The notes under the pieces were generated by a model. It saw only the letters and a program-made list of their open reading frames with translations. It was not told where the DNA came from and ran no database searches. Below, piece by piece: positions 1-9,731 of a stretch of DNA of 64,000 bases; position 1 is the first letter of the stretch, and every line of letters begins with the position of its first letter. The translations under genes were made by a program, and so were the position numbers. Origin of the DNA: Candidatus Omnitrophota bacterium (GTDB taxonomy: Bacteria > Omnitrophota > Gorgyraeia > JAZDFF01); NCBI GenBank assembly GCA_043808095.1, contig JAZDFF010000001.1, positions 94,230 through 158,229 of the forward strand. The letters are read 5' to 3'.

Positions 1-2
1 AG

Positions 3-803
3 ATTAAAAAAGAGGATTTAGTCTCTCTTGAGGCAAGTTCTTTTCAATTACAAAGGACAAAGAAATTCCATCCCAAGGTAGCCGTAATCCTAAATTTTAC
101 CCCCGACCATTTAAATTACCATAAAGATTTAGAAGAGTATCTTGAGGCGAAAAAAAGGATTTTCTTGAATCAGAAAGAAGACGACTGGGCCATACTGAAT
201 TATCAAGATAAGGTAGTCAGAGATTTGTCCAAAGAGACTAAGGCCAAGGTCCTATTTTTTAATAAGAAATTGTCCCTAAATCCAAATTTTGAGGCAGCCT
301 CTATTACAGGCGAGATATTTGGTGTAAGTAAAAAGGAGTCTAGTGAGATTTTCAGGGATTTTAAGGGGATAGAGCATCGCTTAGAATATATTGGCAGTAT
401 CAAGGATGTAGATTTTATCAATGATTCCAAGGCTACTAATGTAGACTCAACTATCTGGGCCTTAAATAGGATTACAAAACCCATTATCTTGATTGCAGGC
501 GGAAGAGATAAAGGGACGGATTACTCGCCAATTTATGAATTAATCAAGAGCAAGGTGAAACATATGTTTGTAATTGGCGAGGCAAAAGACAAAATCAAAA
601 CCGCTCTAAGTAAAGCGGTAAAAACCGAAGAGGCCGCTTCCCTAAAAGAAGCAATGGAAAAAGGACTGCTTATTGCCCAAAAAGGAGATTCTGTTTTACT
701 TTCTCCGATGTGCGCTAGTTTTGATATGTTTATAAATTACGAAGACAGGGGCGATACCTTTAGAAGAGAATTCTTAGAACTTAAAAAGATTTATGAGGAA
801 TAA
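3..803 (+). CDS. murD: UDP-N-acetylmuramoylalanine--D-glutamate ligase MurD, 5'-truncated at window edge
   Basis: Frame is open from position 3; upstream translation contains VAVILNFTPDHLNYH (Mur ligase motif); C-terminal domain IAGGRDKG; followed by ftsW-murG. Confidence 0.85.
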   Translation: MKKEDLVSLEASSFQLQRTKKFHPKVAVILNFTPDHLNYHKDLEEYLEAKKRIFLNQKEDDWAILNYQDKVVRDLSKETKAKVLFFNKKLSLNPNFEAASITGEIFGVSKKESSEIFRDFKGIEHRLEYIGSIKDVDFINDSKATNVDSTIWALNRITKPIILIAGGRDKGTDYSPIYELIKSKVKHMFVIGEAKDKIKTALSKAVKTEEAASLKEAMEKGLLIAQKGDSVLLSPMCASFDMFINYEDRGDTFRREFLELKKIYEE

Positions 804-837
804 ACTTAGTCATAAAAAATATTTTTGAACACTTAAA

Positions 838-1100
838 CCCTAAACCATACTGGCATCATAACCTTAACCTTTAAACGTTACCATAATTGCGAAGTATTAC
901 ACTACCGGCAGGTAGGTATCGAAACTCGTCTTGAGTTGTTGATGCTGGTATCGTCCTTCGACAGGCTCAGGACGATATCCTGAGTGCAATCGAAGGATAT
1001 CGAAACTGGAAGCTTGATGCTCGTAAAATACATTAAACACGAGCCTCAAAAGACGAGCATCGATACGAGCATCCATACCGTAAACCGAGCTTCGAAACCA
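838..1100. repeat. Intergenic palindromic repeat cluster (family H plus CTAAACCATACTGGCATCATAACC module)
   Basis: 1054-1079 is the exact reverse complement of 22129-22154; 941-1000 matches the reverse complement of 22200-22260 at high identity; CTAAACCATACTGGCATCATAACC recurs at about 22965. Confidence 0.8.
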
Positions 1101-1131
1101 AAAGATAACATTACTCTAAAATAGTGCAATC

Positions 1132-2223
1132 ATGCGTAATACCCGTATAATTTTATTTATGGTTACGGTTATCCTGATCAATATCGGGATAGTGATGATC
1201 TATAGCGCAAGTAGTATCTATGCCCTAGAAAAATTAGGTGATAGTACTTATTTTTTGAGGCGACAACTTTTATTTATCTTTCTGGGTTTTATTCTGGCTA
1301 TTTTGGTTATGTATTGGGATTATTCCGTTTATCGAAAGTTTGCCAAAATTTCTATTCTTATTTCATTATTACTCTTGGTCCTGGTGAATATCCCGGGGAT
1401 AGGCAGGGAGGTAGGAGGCGCCAGGCGTTGGTTTAGATTATTCGGCTTTAGTTTCCAGCCTTCAGAGTTTGTTTTTTTAAGCCTGATCTTATACATGGCT
1501 GATTTTGTCAGCCGAAATAAAGCAAGGCTCCGGGATTTATTTTTCGGGTTTTTCCCTCCCATGTTAATTTTGGGCGCATTTTGCCTTTTAATCTTAATCC
1601 AGCCAGACTTGGGTAGCTCAGTTGCCCTGGGCATTGTGGGAATGATCATCTTATTTATGGCGGGAGTAAACCCAAAACACCTGGGGGCTATATTATTATC
1701 TGCAGTACCATTACTGTATCTGGTTGTTTTTAATGTCCCTTATCGAAGAGCCAGGATAATGACTTTTCTTAACCCTTGGGTTGACCCGCGGGGAAGCGGT
1801 TTTCAGATTATTCAGTCTCAGATTGCCTTAGGCTCAGGCGGATTATTAGGCAAAGGCCTGGGCAAAAGCGTTCAAAAACTATTTTATCTACCGGCAGCAC
1901 ATACGGATTTTATTTTTTCTATTGCAGGAGAGGAACTCGGTTTGATTGGCACGGCCAGCATTGTAATCCTTTTCATTATTTTTCTTTGGCTGGGGTTTAA
2001 GATTGTTACAAATGCCCGAGATAACTTTGGCAGATTCCTGGCCTTAGGGATTGTATCCGGAATCGGTCTTAAAGCGGTGATTAATATCGGGGTCTCCGCA
2101 GGCTTTTTTCCCACCAAAGGACTTCCTCTTCCATTTATAAGTTATGGTGGGTCGTCTTTAATCTTTGATATGCTGGCAGTGGGATTATTGCTTAATATCT
2201 CCCGCTCAAGCTGCCCTGACTAA
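1132..2223 (+). CDS. ftsW: Peptidoglycan glycosyltransferase FtsW (SEDS family)
   Basis: Multi-TM protein with SEDS motifs (GSSVALG, PxxHTDFIFS) between murD and murG. Confidence 0.85.
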   Translation: MRNTRIILFMVTVILINIGIVMIYSASSIYALEKLGDSTYFLRRQLLFIFLGFILAILVMYWDYSVYRKFAKISILISLLLLVLVNIPGIGREVGGARRWFRLFGFSFQPSEFVFLSLILYMADFVSRNKARLRDLFFGFFPPMLILGAFCLLILIQPDLGSSVALGIVGMIILFMAGVNPKHLGAILLSAVPLLYLVVFNVPYRRARIMTFLNPWVDPRGSGFQIIQSQIALGSGGLLGKGLGKSVQKLFYLPAAHTDFIFSIAGEELGLIGTASIVILFIIFLWLGFKIVTNARDNFGRFLALGIVSGIGLKAVINIGVSAGFFPTKGLPLPFISYGGSSLIFDMLAVGLLLNISRSSCPD

Positions 2224-2236
2224 AAATTATAAAGCA

Positions 2237-3340
2237 ATGAAGATAATCATAGCCACAACCGGTTCTGGTGGTCATCTTAGCCCGGCAATTGCCTTGGCTG
2301 AGGAGTTAAAAAGAAGGTCACCAGACCTGGATTTATATTTTATTGCAAGCGGCCAGCCCTTAACGGAAGGACAACTCAAAGGTAAAGCTTTTAAGATAAT
2401 AGTTTTCCCTGCCTTAAGCCCTAAGAAGAGTTTTGCTTTACAAAACATCATCTTAATAATAAAATTAATAGATATAGCCTTAAGGTCTTTATTTATAATA
2501 ATTAAGATTAGGCCGGATTTATCAATTGGATTTGGCGGTTATATTTCGGGCCCAGTAATTTTGTTTTCACATCTTTTGTCAGTCAGGACCGTTATTCATG
2601 AGCAGAACCTTAAACTTGGCCGAGCCAACAGGATATTGAGTAAATTTGTCGATAATGTCGCTTTAAGTTTTGAAGATTCAGTAGAATTTTTACGCCACCA
2701 AGATAAGGCTTTTGTTTGCGGAAATCCTTTAAGAAAAGATCTCATTAGTTCTTTGACTAGACAAGAGGCCTGTCTAGATATCGGCCTTACGCCAAACAGA
2801 TTTACCGTCTTGGTCACTGGCGGGAGTTTAGGCGCCAGGCACATAAATAAAGAGTTTATTAATCTGTTAAGAGACTGGAAAGACCCTGATTCGATACAGG
2901 TAATACATATCTCGGGAGAATTGGACTTTCAAGACGTGGTATCCGACTATGATACAATAAAGATACCGCATAAGGTATTCAGTCATTTTAGCAAGATGCA
3001 ATATGCTTATAGATGTTCAGACCTTGCTGTTTGTCGCGCTGGAGCAACGACCATAGCAGAACTGGCTTTTTTTGGTTTACCTGCAATATTAATCCCGTAT
3101 CCCTATGCCAGGGGAAACCATCAATTAGAAAATGCAGTTTTGTTAAAAAATTATTCTGCGGCGATCTTGATTGAGGATGATAAACTTGAGGCCGGGGTTT
3201 TAGAGAAACATATCTTAGGCCTGATTAGAGAGCCTAAGGAATTAACCCGGATGTCTCAAAATATCAAAAAATTTGCCAGGCCCGAGGCCGCCAAGGAACT
3301 GGCAGATTTGGTATTTTCTTATTCCCCTTCGCTCCGATGA
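2237..3340 (+). CDS. murG: Undecaprenyldiphospho-muramoylpentapeptide beta-N-acetylglucosaminyltransferase MurG
   Basis: N-terminal MKIIIATTGSGGHLSPAIALAEEL (GT28 G-loop); start placed at internal ATG 2237 rather than ORF-track start 2165. Confidence 0.85.
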   Translation: MKIIIATTGSGGHLSPAIALAEELKRRSPDLDLYFIASGQPLTEGQLKGKAFKIIVFPALSPKKSFALQNIILIIKLIDIALRSLFIIIKIRPDLSIGFGGYISGPVILFSHLLSVRTVIHEQNLKLGRANRILSKFVDNVALSFEDSVEFLRHQDKAFVCGNPLRKDLISSLTRQEACLDIGLTPNRFTVLVTGGSLGARHINKEFINLLRDWKDPDSIQVIHISGELDFQDVVSDYDTIKIPHKVFSHFSKMQYAYRCSDLAVCRAGATTIAELAFFGLPAILIPYPYARGNHQLENAVLLKNYSAAILIEDDKLEAGVLEKHILGLIREPKELTRMSQNIKKFARPEAAKELADLVFSYSPSLR

Positions 3341-3400
3341 TACGTCGGGGCTTCGGGGGATGTCACTAAATGCCTGCCTCACCGGCAGGCAGGGGCAAGT
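3341..3400. repeat. Palindromic repeat modules (CGATACGTCGGGGC and CCTGCCTCACCGGCAGGCAGG)
   Basis: CCTGCC-N-GGCAGG palindrome also at about 20622, 22249, 23027, 32573; GATACGTCGGGGC also at about 31285. Confidence 0.7.
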
Positions 3401-3508
3401 TGCTTATGGAGTGGGGTGGGGATAACCCGCCGAAGCTGAAGACGAAAGTTCTTCAGCGAAGGAGGGTAAATTTAGGTTCCAAGGGCTTGAAAGGGAGGTA
3501 TTCCATCT

Positions 3509-4315
3509 ATGATGAAATTTAGGCATACCGTCATATTGGTATTAATTTTTTTAGGCATTTTTTTGGGAGAGGTCAGTTATGCGGTATTAGATGATAATTG
3601 GCGAATCACCAAAGGTAATCACTTTATCATATCTTTTCGCCAGGAGGTTCCCGAGAAATTTGTGCTTAAGACCCTTGAGTATGCTGAGAAATACTACCAG
3701 GAGATAACCGAGAATCTCGGGTTCTCGCGGGAAAATTTCTGGTTAGAAGATAACCGCGCCAGGATTTATATCTACAAGGACAGCCAAGAGTATCTTAAAG
3801 CAACCGGCATGCCGGATTGGTCAGCAGGCACTGCAATCGGAAGACATAAGATTATCGAAACCTACGCCTCATCGATTAATTTTTTTGATAACCTTCTTCC
3901 TCACGAATTAGCCCATATAATCTTCAGGGAATTCATCAACCAAGAGCAGAATGTTCCTCTTTGGCTGGACGAGGGAGTCGCACAATATATGGAGAAAACC
4001 GGACGTAGCCACAGCAAAAAGATCATCAAAGATGCCCTGAACGATAATACCTTTTTCGAACTCACCGACTTGGCCAAGATTGACATCCGAACTGAGAAAG
4101 ATGATGCAAGGGTTCATCTTTTTTATGCGGAATCTTTGAGTGTGGTAGATTTTTTAATAAAGGAATTAGCGCCGTATCGGTTCTGCAATTTTTCTAAGGC
4201 CTTAAGGAGAGGCGCCTCTATTGATGATGCTTTAAAGGCTGCCTACCAAGACGCGAGCATAAATAATTTAGATGACCTTGGTAAGGTTTGGAAAAAGTCG
4301 CTTTTGGTCAAATGA
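3509..4315 (+). CDS. Secreted putative zinc metallopeptidase (HExxH, peptidase MA-like)
   Basis: N-terminal signal/TM segment; HELAH followed by downstream LDEGVAQY (gluzincin-like third ligand); sits inside the dcw cluster. Confidence 0.55.
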   Translation: MMKFRHTVILVLIFLGIFLGEVSYAVLDDNWRITKGNHFIISFRQEVPEKFVLKTLEYAEKYYQEITENLGFSRENFWLEDNRARIYIYKDSQEYLKATGMPDWSAGTAIGRHKIIETYASSINFFDNLLPHELAHIIFREFINQEQNVPLWLDEGVAQYMEKTGRSHSKKIIKDALNDNTFFELTDLAKIDIRTEKDDARVHLFYAESLSVVDFLIKELAPYRFCNFSKALRRGASIDDALKAAYQDASINNLDDLGKVWKKSLLVK

Positions 4316-4446
4316 ATAAGATGAATTCAAAAGATATTTGCCGCAGATGCAAACGGATAAAGAATACGGATGTCGCGGATAAATTATCCGCTGAATCAGT
4401 AACCATCAGTGGCATCCGCGATAAACAAGTAGTTATAATTTAGCCT

Positions 4447-5811
4447 ATGAATAAACACATACATTTTATCGGTATCGGCGGAATTGGGATGAGCGGGATC
4501 GCCCAACTTTATCTTGAGAAAGGAGTTGTTGTTAGCGGCTCTGATTTAAAGATGAGTCCGATTACTGAGAAATTAATCTCTCAAGGAGCTAAGATTTATA
4601 TCGGGCATTCTCCGGCAAATATCAATGGCGCTGATACAGTAATTTATTCCTCGGCAATAAAAGACGATAATCCCGAATTCATCGAGGTAGCTAAGCGCAA
4701 TATCACTGTTTTAAAAAGGGCAGAGGCCCTGGCCGGGCTTATGCAGGAAAAAGTTGCTATTACAATTAGCGGCGCCCATGGCAAGACCACTACCACTTCG
4801 ATGATCTCAAGCCTTCTAGAAGAAGCGGGACTAGCTCCGACAGTAGCCAGTGGCGGGATAGTGCGCAATTTCAAGACGAATGCCTGGTCTGGCAGCGGTA
4901 AATACTTTGTGGCTGAGGCAGATGAAAGCGACGGCAGTTTTCTGTATTATCAGCCGACCTATTCGGTTATTACCAATATCGACCGCGAACACCTTGATTA
5001 TTATCATGAGTTTGATTATATTAAAGAGGCATTTCGTGATTTTATGTTAAAGACCAAAGACAATGGCATAATCTTTTATAACGGCGATGACCATAATTTA
5101 AAGGATATCAAAAGGCAGATAGATAAACGCGGTCTTAGTTTTGGCCTTTCTAAATATAATGATGTTTATCCTCGGGGTGTAAAACTAAAAGGATTTTCTA
5201 GTGAATTTAATTGTATCCATAAAGGAAAAAATCTTGGCCAATTTTGTTTAAATATACCCGGGCTACACAATATCTCGAATTCTTTGGTTGTGATTGCCTT
5301 GGGGCTTGAGTTAGGCCTGGCGCCAGATACGATTAGAAAGAGTCTTGGCTCTTATAGAGGGACGCAGAGGAGATTAGAGGTAAAATTGGATTTTAATGAT
5401 ATTAAAGTCATCGATGACTATGCCCATCATCCTACGGAGATAAAGGCGACCCTGGAGGCAGTGAGAAGCCTAAAGCATAATCGGCTGCTGGTTATATTCC
5501 AGCCCCACCGATATAGCCGGTTGAAATTTCTTTTTGATGAGTTTGTTAAAGTGCTGACAAACAGCGAACATCTTATCTTAAGTGATTTATATCCGGCAAG
5601 CGAACCGCCGATTCCCGGGATTACCAGTGAGAATCTTGCGTTTAAGATAAGAGATTGCGGACACCCCGATGTCCGATTTGTGCCTAAAAGCAATCTTTGC
5701 GATTGCATCTTAAGGCAAGTAGGCGCTGGAGATATAGTCCTTTTTATGGGCGCAGGAGATATTGGCCATACTGCTGATGAGCTGGCAAGAAGGATTAAAA
5801 AGAGTAACTAA
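4447..5811 (+). CDS. murC: UDP-N-acetylmuramate--L-alanine ligase MurC
   Basis: IHFIGIGGIGMSGIA N-terminus, GAHGKTTTT P-loop, Mur ligase C-domain. Confidence 0.9.
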   Translation: MNKHIHFIGIGGIGMSGIAQLYLEKGVVVSGSDLKMSPITEKLISQGAKIYIGHSPANINGADTVIYSSAIKDDNPEFIEVAKRNITVLKRAEALAGLMQEKVAITISGAHGKTTTTSMISSLLEEAGLAPTVASGGIVRNFKTNAWSGSGKYFVAEADESDGSFLYYQPTYSVITNIDREHLDYYHEFDYIKEAFRDFMLKTKDNGIIFYNGDDHNLKDIKRQIDKRGLSFGLSKYNDVYPRGVKLKGFSSEFNCIHKGKNLGQFCLNIPGLHNISNSLVVIALGLELGLAPDTIRKSLGSYRGTQRRLEVKLDFNDIKVIDDYAHHPTEIKATLEAVRSLKHNRLLVIFQPHRYSRLKFLFDEFVKVLTNSEHLILSDLYPASEPPIPGITSENLAFKIRDCGHPDVRFVPKSNLCDCILRQVGAGDIVLFMGAGDIGHTADELARRIKKSN

Positions 5812-6685
5812 AGGCAAAATTAGTTTTGGCGAACCGCTAAAATCAAGATGTACCTTCAAAATCGGCGGAACGGCCAAGGTCTGGGTTGAACCCAAAGACA
5901 AAGAGGACTTAAAGATTATATTAAGGTTTTTCACAAAGATAGGCATGCCTGTCTTTGTAATCGGCGGCGGCAGTAATATTTTATTTAATGACGGACTGAT
6001 TGAGGGTATAATTATACATCTGGGTTCTTGCTACTTTAGGAGGATAATTTTTAAAGGCGATTTAGTTAAGGCGGGCTCGGGTGTGAGCTTGGCTAAATTA
6101 ATCCAGAAAGCCAAAGAGGAGAACCTGGGTGGTTGCGAGCATTTATTTGGGATTCCCGGGACAGTGGGCGGTGCGCTGAGTATGAATGCAGGAATCAGTC
6201 TTAACTCTTGCCAATTGGATATCGGCTCGTTAGTTTCCGAGGTAGAGGTTATGGATTATAACGGAAATATCCACATTTTAGAGAAAGAAGATTTAAAATT
6301 TGATTATCGCAGTTCTAATTTAAACCGTTTTGTTATCGTCTCGGCAACCTTGAGATTGAAAAAATCCAGTCCTTTAGAGATAACAAGCGAGATTAGCCGC
6401 ATCAAAGATATGCGAGCTGCTTCCCATGGCTATCCTAAGGCATCAGCAGGCTGCATCTTTAAGAATCCTAAAAGGGGCTTGTCTGCTGGTTTCTTGATTG
6501 AAAGATGCGGACTAAAAGGGGCGCGTGTTGGCGATGCCCAAATTTCTTCCAGTCATGCAAACTTTATCTTAAATGTAGGTAATGCCCGGGCCTCAAATGT
6601 AATTAATCTTATGGCTTTAACGCGAAGACTAGTAAAAAAGAGGTTTAATTTAGATTTGGAGCAGGAGGTAAGGATTGTTGGTTAA
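5762..6685 (+). CDS. murB: UDP-N-acetylenolpyruvoylglucosamine reductase MurB
   Basis: FAD-binding PCMH motifs (KIGGTAKVWVEP, GGGSNILF); start uncertain because it overlaps the murC 3' end. Confidence 0.8.
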   Translation: MAILLMSWQEGLKRVTKGKISFGEPLKSRCTFKIGGTAKVWVEPKDKEDLKIILRFFTKIGMPVFVIGGGSNILFNDGLIEGIIIHLGSCYFRRIIFKGDLVKAGSGVSLAKLIQKAKEENLGGCEHLFGIPGTVGGALSMNAGISLNSCQLDIGSLVSEVEVMDYNGNIHILEKEDLKFDYRSSNLNRFVIVSATLRLKKSSPLEITSEISRIKDMRAASHGYPKASAGCIFKNPKRGLSAGFLIERCGLKGARVGDAQISSSHANFILNVGNARASNVINLMALTRRLVKKRFNLDLEQEVRIVG

Positions 6686-7673
6686 TAAAGCCTTAGTTAA
6701 AAATTTAAGGATAGCAGTGTTAATGGGAGGCAGGTCCAGCGAAAGGGAGATTTCGCTTAAATCCGGTAGGGCGGTTTATCAGACCTTAAAAGACGCGGAC
6801 TGTAAAGTCTGGCCTTTTGATATTACTGAAGAAGACCCTGACAAAATCATATCCGGCCTAAAAGAGATTGACGCGGACCTTGCTTTTATTGCCATGCACG
6901 GCAGTTTTGGCGAAGATGGTACTTTACAGGAGATCCTTGAAAGTGCCGAAATTCCCTATACCGGTTCAGGCCCCCGGGCAAGTCGTCTGGCCATGGACAA
7001 AATTGCCTCAAGAGGGGTTTTTAAGAGACAGAATATTCCTGTTCCAGGTTGCCTGGTTTTCGAAGATAGTTTATTTTCAAAAATAGATTTAGATGAATTA
7101 GATTTTTTGGGTCTACCCCTTGTGGTCAAGCCAGCAGGAGCAGGTTCGAGTATCGGAGTGAGTTTTGTTATGAGAAAGGAAGAATTGCTTCCTGCGGTTG
7201 AATTGGCCTTCAGTCATGGCCGGCGCATTATTATTGAAGAATGTTTAAAAGGAAGAGAGATTACTGTAGGTATTTTGAGTAATGAACCACTTCCTGTAAT
7301 TGAGGTTGTCCCTAAACTTGAATTCTTCAATTTCCAGGCAAAATATACTCCCGGCTTGACAGACTATATTGTCCCGGCAAAACTCGATCCCCGAATCGCA
7401 AAAAACGCCCAGGACATCGCGCTCTTAGCCCATGAATCTCTGGGGTGCCGGACATTCTCACGCGTAGATATGATCTTAAAGGAAGATACCCCTTATGTGT
7501 TAGAGATAAATACAATACCCGGCTTTACCCAGACGAGTTTACTACCCAAGGCCGCGGCCTTTAAAAATATAAGTTTTTTAGATTTATGCCTTAAGGTTAT
7601 TAGTTTAAGCGTTGTCCCTCATTTTATTAAAAAAAATGAAAAAGAAAGCATTAACCTTAAATCCGGTTTCTAA
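6675..7673 (+). CDS. ddl: D-alanine--D-alanine ligase Ddl
   Basis: ATP-grasp; N-terminal IAVLMGGRSSEREISLKSG; dcw context. Confidence 0.85.
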   Translation: MLVNKALVKNLRIAVLMGGRSSEREISLKSGRAVYQTLKDADCKVWPFDITEEDPDKIISGLKEIDADLAFIAMHGSFGEDGTLQEILESAEIPYTGSGPRASRLAMDKIASRGVFKRQNIPVPGCLVFEDSLFSKIDLDELDFLGLPLVVKPAGAGSSIGVSFVMRKEELLPAVELAFSHGRRIIIEECLKGREITVGILSNEPLPVIEVVPKLEFFNFQAKYTPGLTDYIVPAKLDPRIAKNAQDIALLAHESLGCRTFSRVDMILKEDTPYVLEINTIPGFTQTSLLPKAAAFKNISFLDLCLKVISLSVVPHFIKKNEKESINLKSGF

Positions 7674-8385
7674 AAAAACAGCAATTTTTATTTCCACAAT
7701 TCTTTTATTGGTAATTGTGGCAATTTTCTCTTTCAGGCTGATAAAAGGGCGTCCCTATTTTAGGCTTTCAAGGATTTCCAGTAATTATGATCTGGGATTA
7801 GGCGAATTTAACCAGTTAAAAGGCACAAATATATTCTCCCTTAATTTAAAATGGATGCATGAGAGGATAATCTCTAAGGATTCTTATATCAAGACTGTCA
7901 AAGTAATTAGAAAGCCACCTAATGAGGTTTATATTGAAGTACAAAAAAGGATTCCTCTGGCCAGAACCGATTTAGGGGCCAACTTCTTAGTGGATACTGA
8001 TGGCGCCTTGATTTATGCCAAGAGAAATTTAGAGGAACAAGACCTGCCGTTTTTGGTGGGATTGAAGAATCGCATCCCTTATCCTACTAGAGGCAAGGTC
8101 TATAGTAATGTTGATGAGGTAAAAATAGCCGTAACCTTACTCAATGAATTTAGAAAGAAGCCCATTTTTAAGAAATTTAGAATACAAGAGGTAAATGTTT
8201 TGAATCTTTCTAACACAGTCTTTTTTTTAGAGGGCGGTCCCCAGGTAAAAATCGGGGATAATTCGTTGAAAGAAAGGCTTGCGATGCTGGAAGTATTTCT
8301 TAGGCAATTTAACGAAGACGTCAGTAAGATAAATTACATAGACCTTCGTTTTAAAGAACCAGTAGTTAAACTTAATGAGAGATAA
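7612..8385 (+). CDS. ftsQ: Cell division protein FtsQ/DivIB (POTRA)
   Basis: Single N-terminal TM helix then POTRA-like domain; immediately precedes ftsA. Confidence 0.7.
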   Translation: MSLILLKKMKKKALTLNPVSKKTAIFISTILLLVIVAIFSFRLIKGRPYFRLSRISSNYDLGLGEFNQLKGTNIFSLNLKWMHERIISKDSYIKTVKVIRKPPNEVYIEVQKRIPLARTDLGANFLVDTDGALIYAKRNLEEQDLPFLVGLKNRIPYPTRGKVYSNVDEVKIAVTLLNEFRKKPIFKKFRIQEVNVLNLSNTVFFLEGGPQVKIGDNSLKERLAMLEVFLRQFNEDVSKINYIDLRFKEPVVKLNER

Positions 8386-9580
8386 ATTTATTTGCGGTCT
8401 GGATTTAGGGACTAATAAAATAGCTGCTGCCCTGGCTAAGATAGATAAAACGAAGCGCTTTAGTATAATAGCTCTTGAGGCGCAAAAAATAGACCCGCCT
8501 GGCTCTGATGTCAGCCCAGGTTCTATCCAAAATTTATTAAGTTCGATTAAGCACAAGCATAATGTTGAGATTGAAGACCTGATTGTAAATCTAAGCGGGG
8601 GGTTTATCTCTAGCAAATACAGCCGCGCCGCTATTCCTTTATCGGATAGGGGTGCCAGAATTATCAATAGAAGGATAGTTAACCGTTTGAGTTTTCAGGC
8701 CCGGAATTTATGCCTTGATTTAGAAGAGGGCCTCCTGCATGAATTTCCTCAGGAATACATCATTGATTCTAAGGCCAGACTTGATAATCCCCTGGGTAGG
8801 TGCGCCCGACGCCTTGAGGTTGAAACCCTATTAATCTCAACCCAGCTAAAAGATATGCAAAATACCACCCGACTTGTTAGTCGGGCAGGATATGAGATCA
8901 AGGATTTTGTTTTTTCAGGTCTTGCCTCGGGCTGGGCAGTTTGTGACAAGGAGGATATGGTAGCCGGCTGCGCCATAATCGATATTGGCGCTGGTTTGAC
9001 TGAAATTGCTATTTTTAAAGATTCAATATTGAGAGCCGCGCATATTATTTCTTTCGGCGGAAATGATTTGACCAATGCGCTCGTTGAGGCCTTGAAAATC
9101 CCTTTTAGCGTGGCTGAAGAGATAAAGACTTCCTATGCGCTGGTATTACCTAAGGATGCTGACGAAGAGAAAGAGATTATTATTAAGAAGAATTCTGGCT
9201 TTAATTCGATTAAACACAGTCAAGTGGTGAAGGCCATCGGGCCCAAGATAGATAATTTAGCCAAGAACATAAAAAAGAAGATTGCTAGCTCTAGTTTTAG
9301 AGACAAATTGGAAAAAGGCGTAATCATTACAGGTGGCATGAGCCTTCTGGATGGATTTTTAGAGATGATGGAGTTAAAACTCGAGATGCCGGTTAAACTG
9401 GGAATTCCCAAAGATGTCGAGGTAAGGGAATTTAAGGCGCCTGTATTTTCCACTAGTGTAGGATTGGTGCGCTATGGCAGAGAGAGATATCTGGAGAGGG
9501 TCTCTAAGTTAGAAAACGCAGCGTCATGGATTGACCAAATAATCGCACCGCTTAAATTTGTCTACCAGGAGTATTTTTAG
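8375..9580 (+). CDS. ftsA: Cell division protein FtsA
   Basis: Actin-like ATPase (ICGLDLGTNKIAAALA, DIGAGLTEIAIF, ITGGMSLLDGF). Confidence 0.9.
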   Translation: MRDKFICGLDLGTNKIAAALAKIDKTKRFSIIALEAQKIDPPGSDVSPGSIQNLLSSIKHKHNVEIEDLIVNLSGGFISSKYSRAAIPLSDRGARIINRRIVNRLSFQARNLCLDLEEGLLHEFPQEYIIDSKARLDNPLGRCARRLEVETLLISTQLKDMQNTTRLVSRAGYEIKDFVFSGLASGWAVCDKEDMVAGCAIIDIGAGLTEIAIFKDSILRAAHIISFGGNDLTNALVEALKIPFSVAEEIKTSYALVLPKDADEEKEIIIKKNSGFNSIKHSQVVKAIGPKIDNLAKNIKKKIASSSFRDKLEKGVIITGGMSLLDGFLEMMELKLEMPVKLGIPKDVEVREFKAPVFSTSVGLVRYGRERYLERVSKLENAASWIDQIIAPLKFVYQEYF

Positions 9581-9589
9581 GAAATGATT

Positions 9590-9710
9590 ACAGTGATTTT
9601 GAAAAAAGATTACAGTGATATTATTGCAATGATATTTTAATCTGTGTAATCAATTTTTTCCCGCTTTGCGGGATCCCGCTAGAATATTTTTTATTTGTGC
9701 GGGATAATCA
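9590..9710. repeat. Intergenic repeat modules (GATTACAGTGAT x2; GGGATCCCGC palindrome)
   Basis: GATTACAGTGAT direct repeat at about 9594 and 9613; CCCGCTTTGCGGGATCCCGC resembles 32470-32510 and 41165-41200. Confidence 0.65.
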
Positions 9711-9731
9711 CAGGAATCTTATTTTATTAAA

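Noticed and set aside
2165-2236. N-terminal extensions suggested by the ORF track for murG (also rsmA from 20592 and M28 peptidase from 51793)
   Set aside because: The extensions run through intergenic palindromes or the previous gene and lack homology; internal ATG codons preceding the conserved N-terminal motifs were preferred.
6868-7086. 72-aa ORF in an alternative frame
   Set aside because: Fully embedded within ddl in another frame with no independent support.
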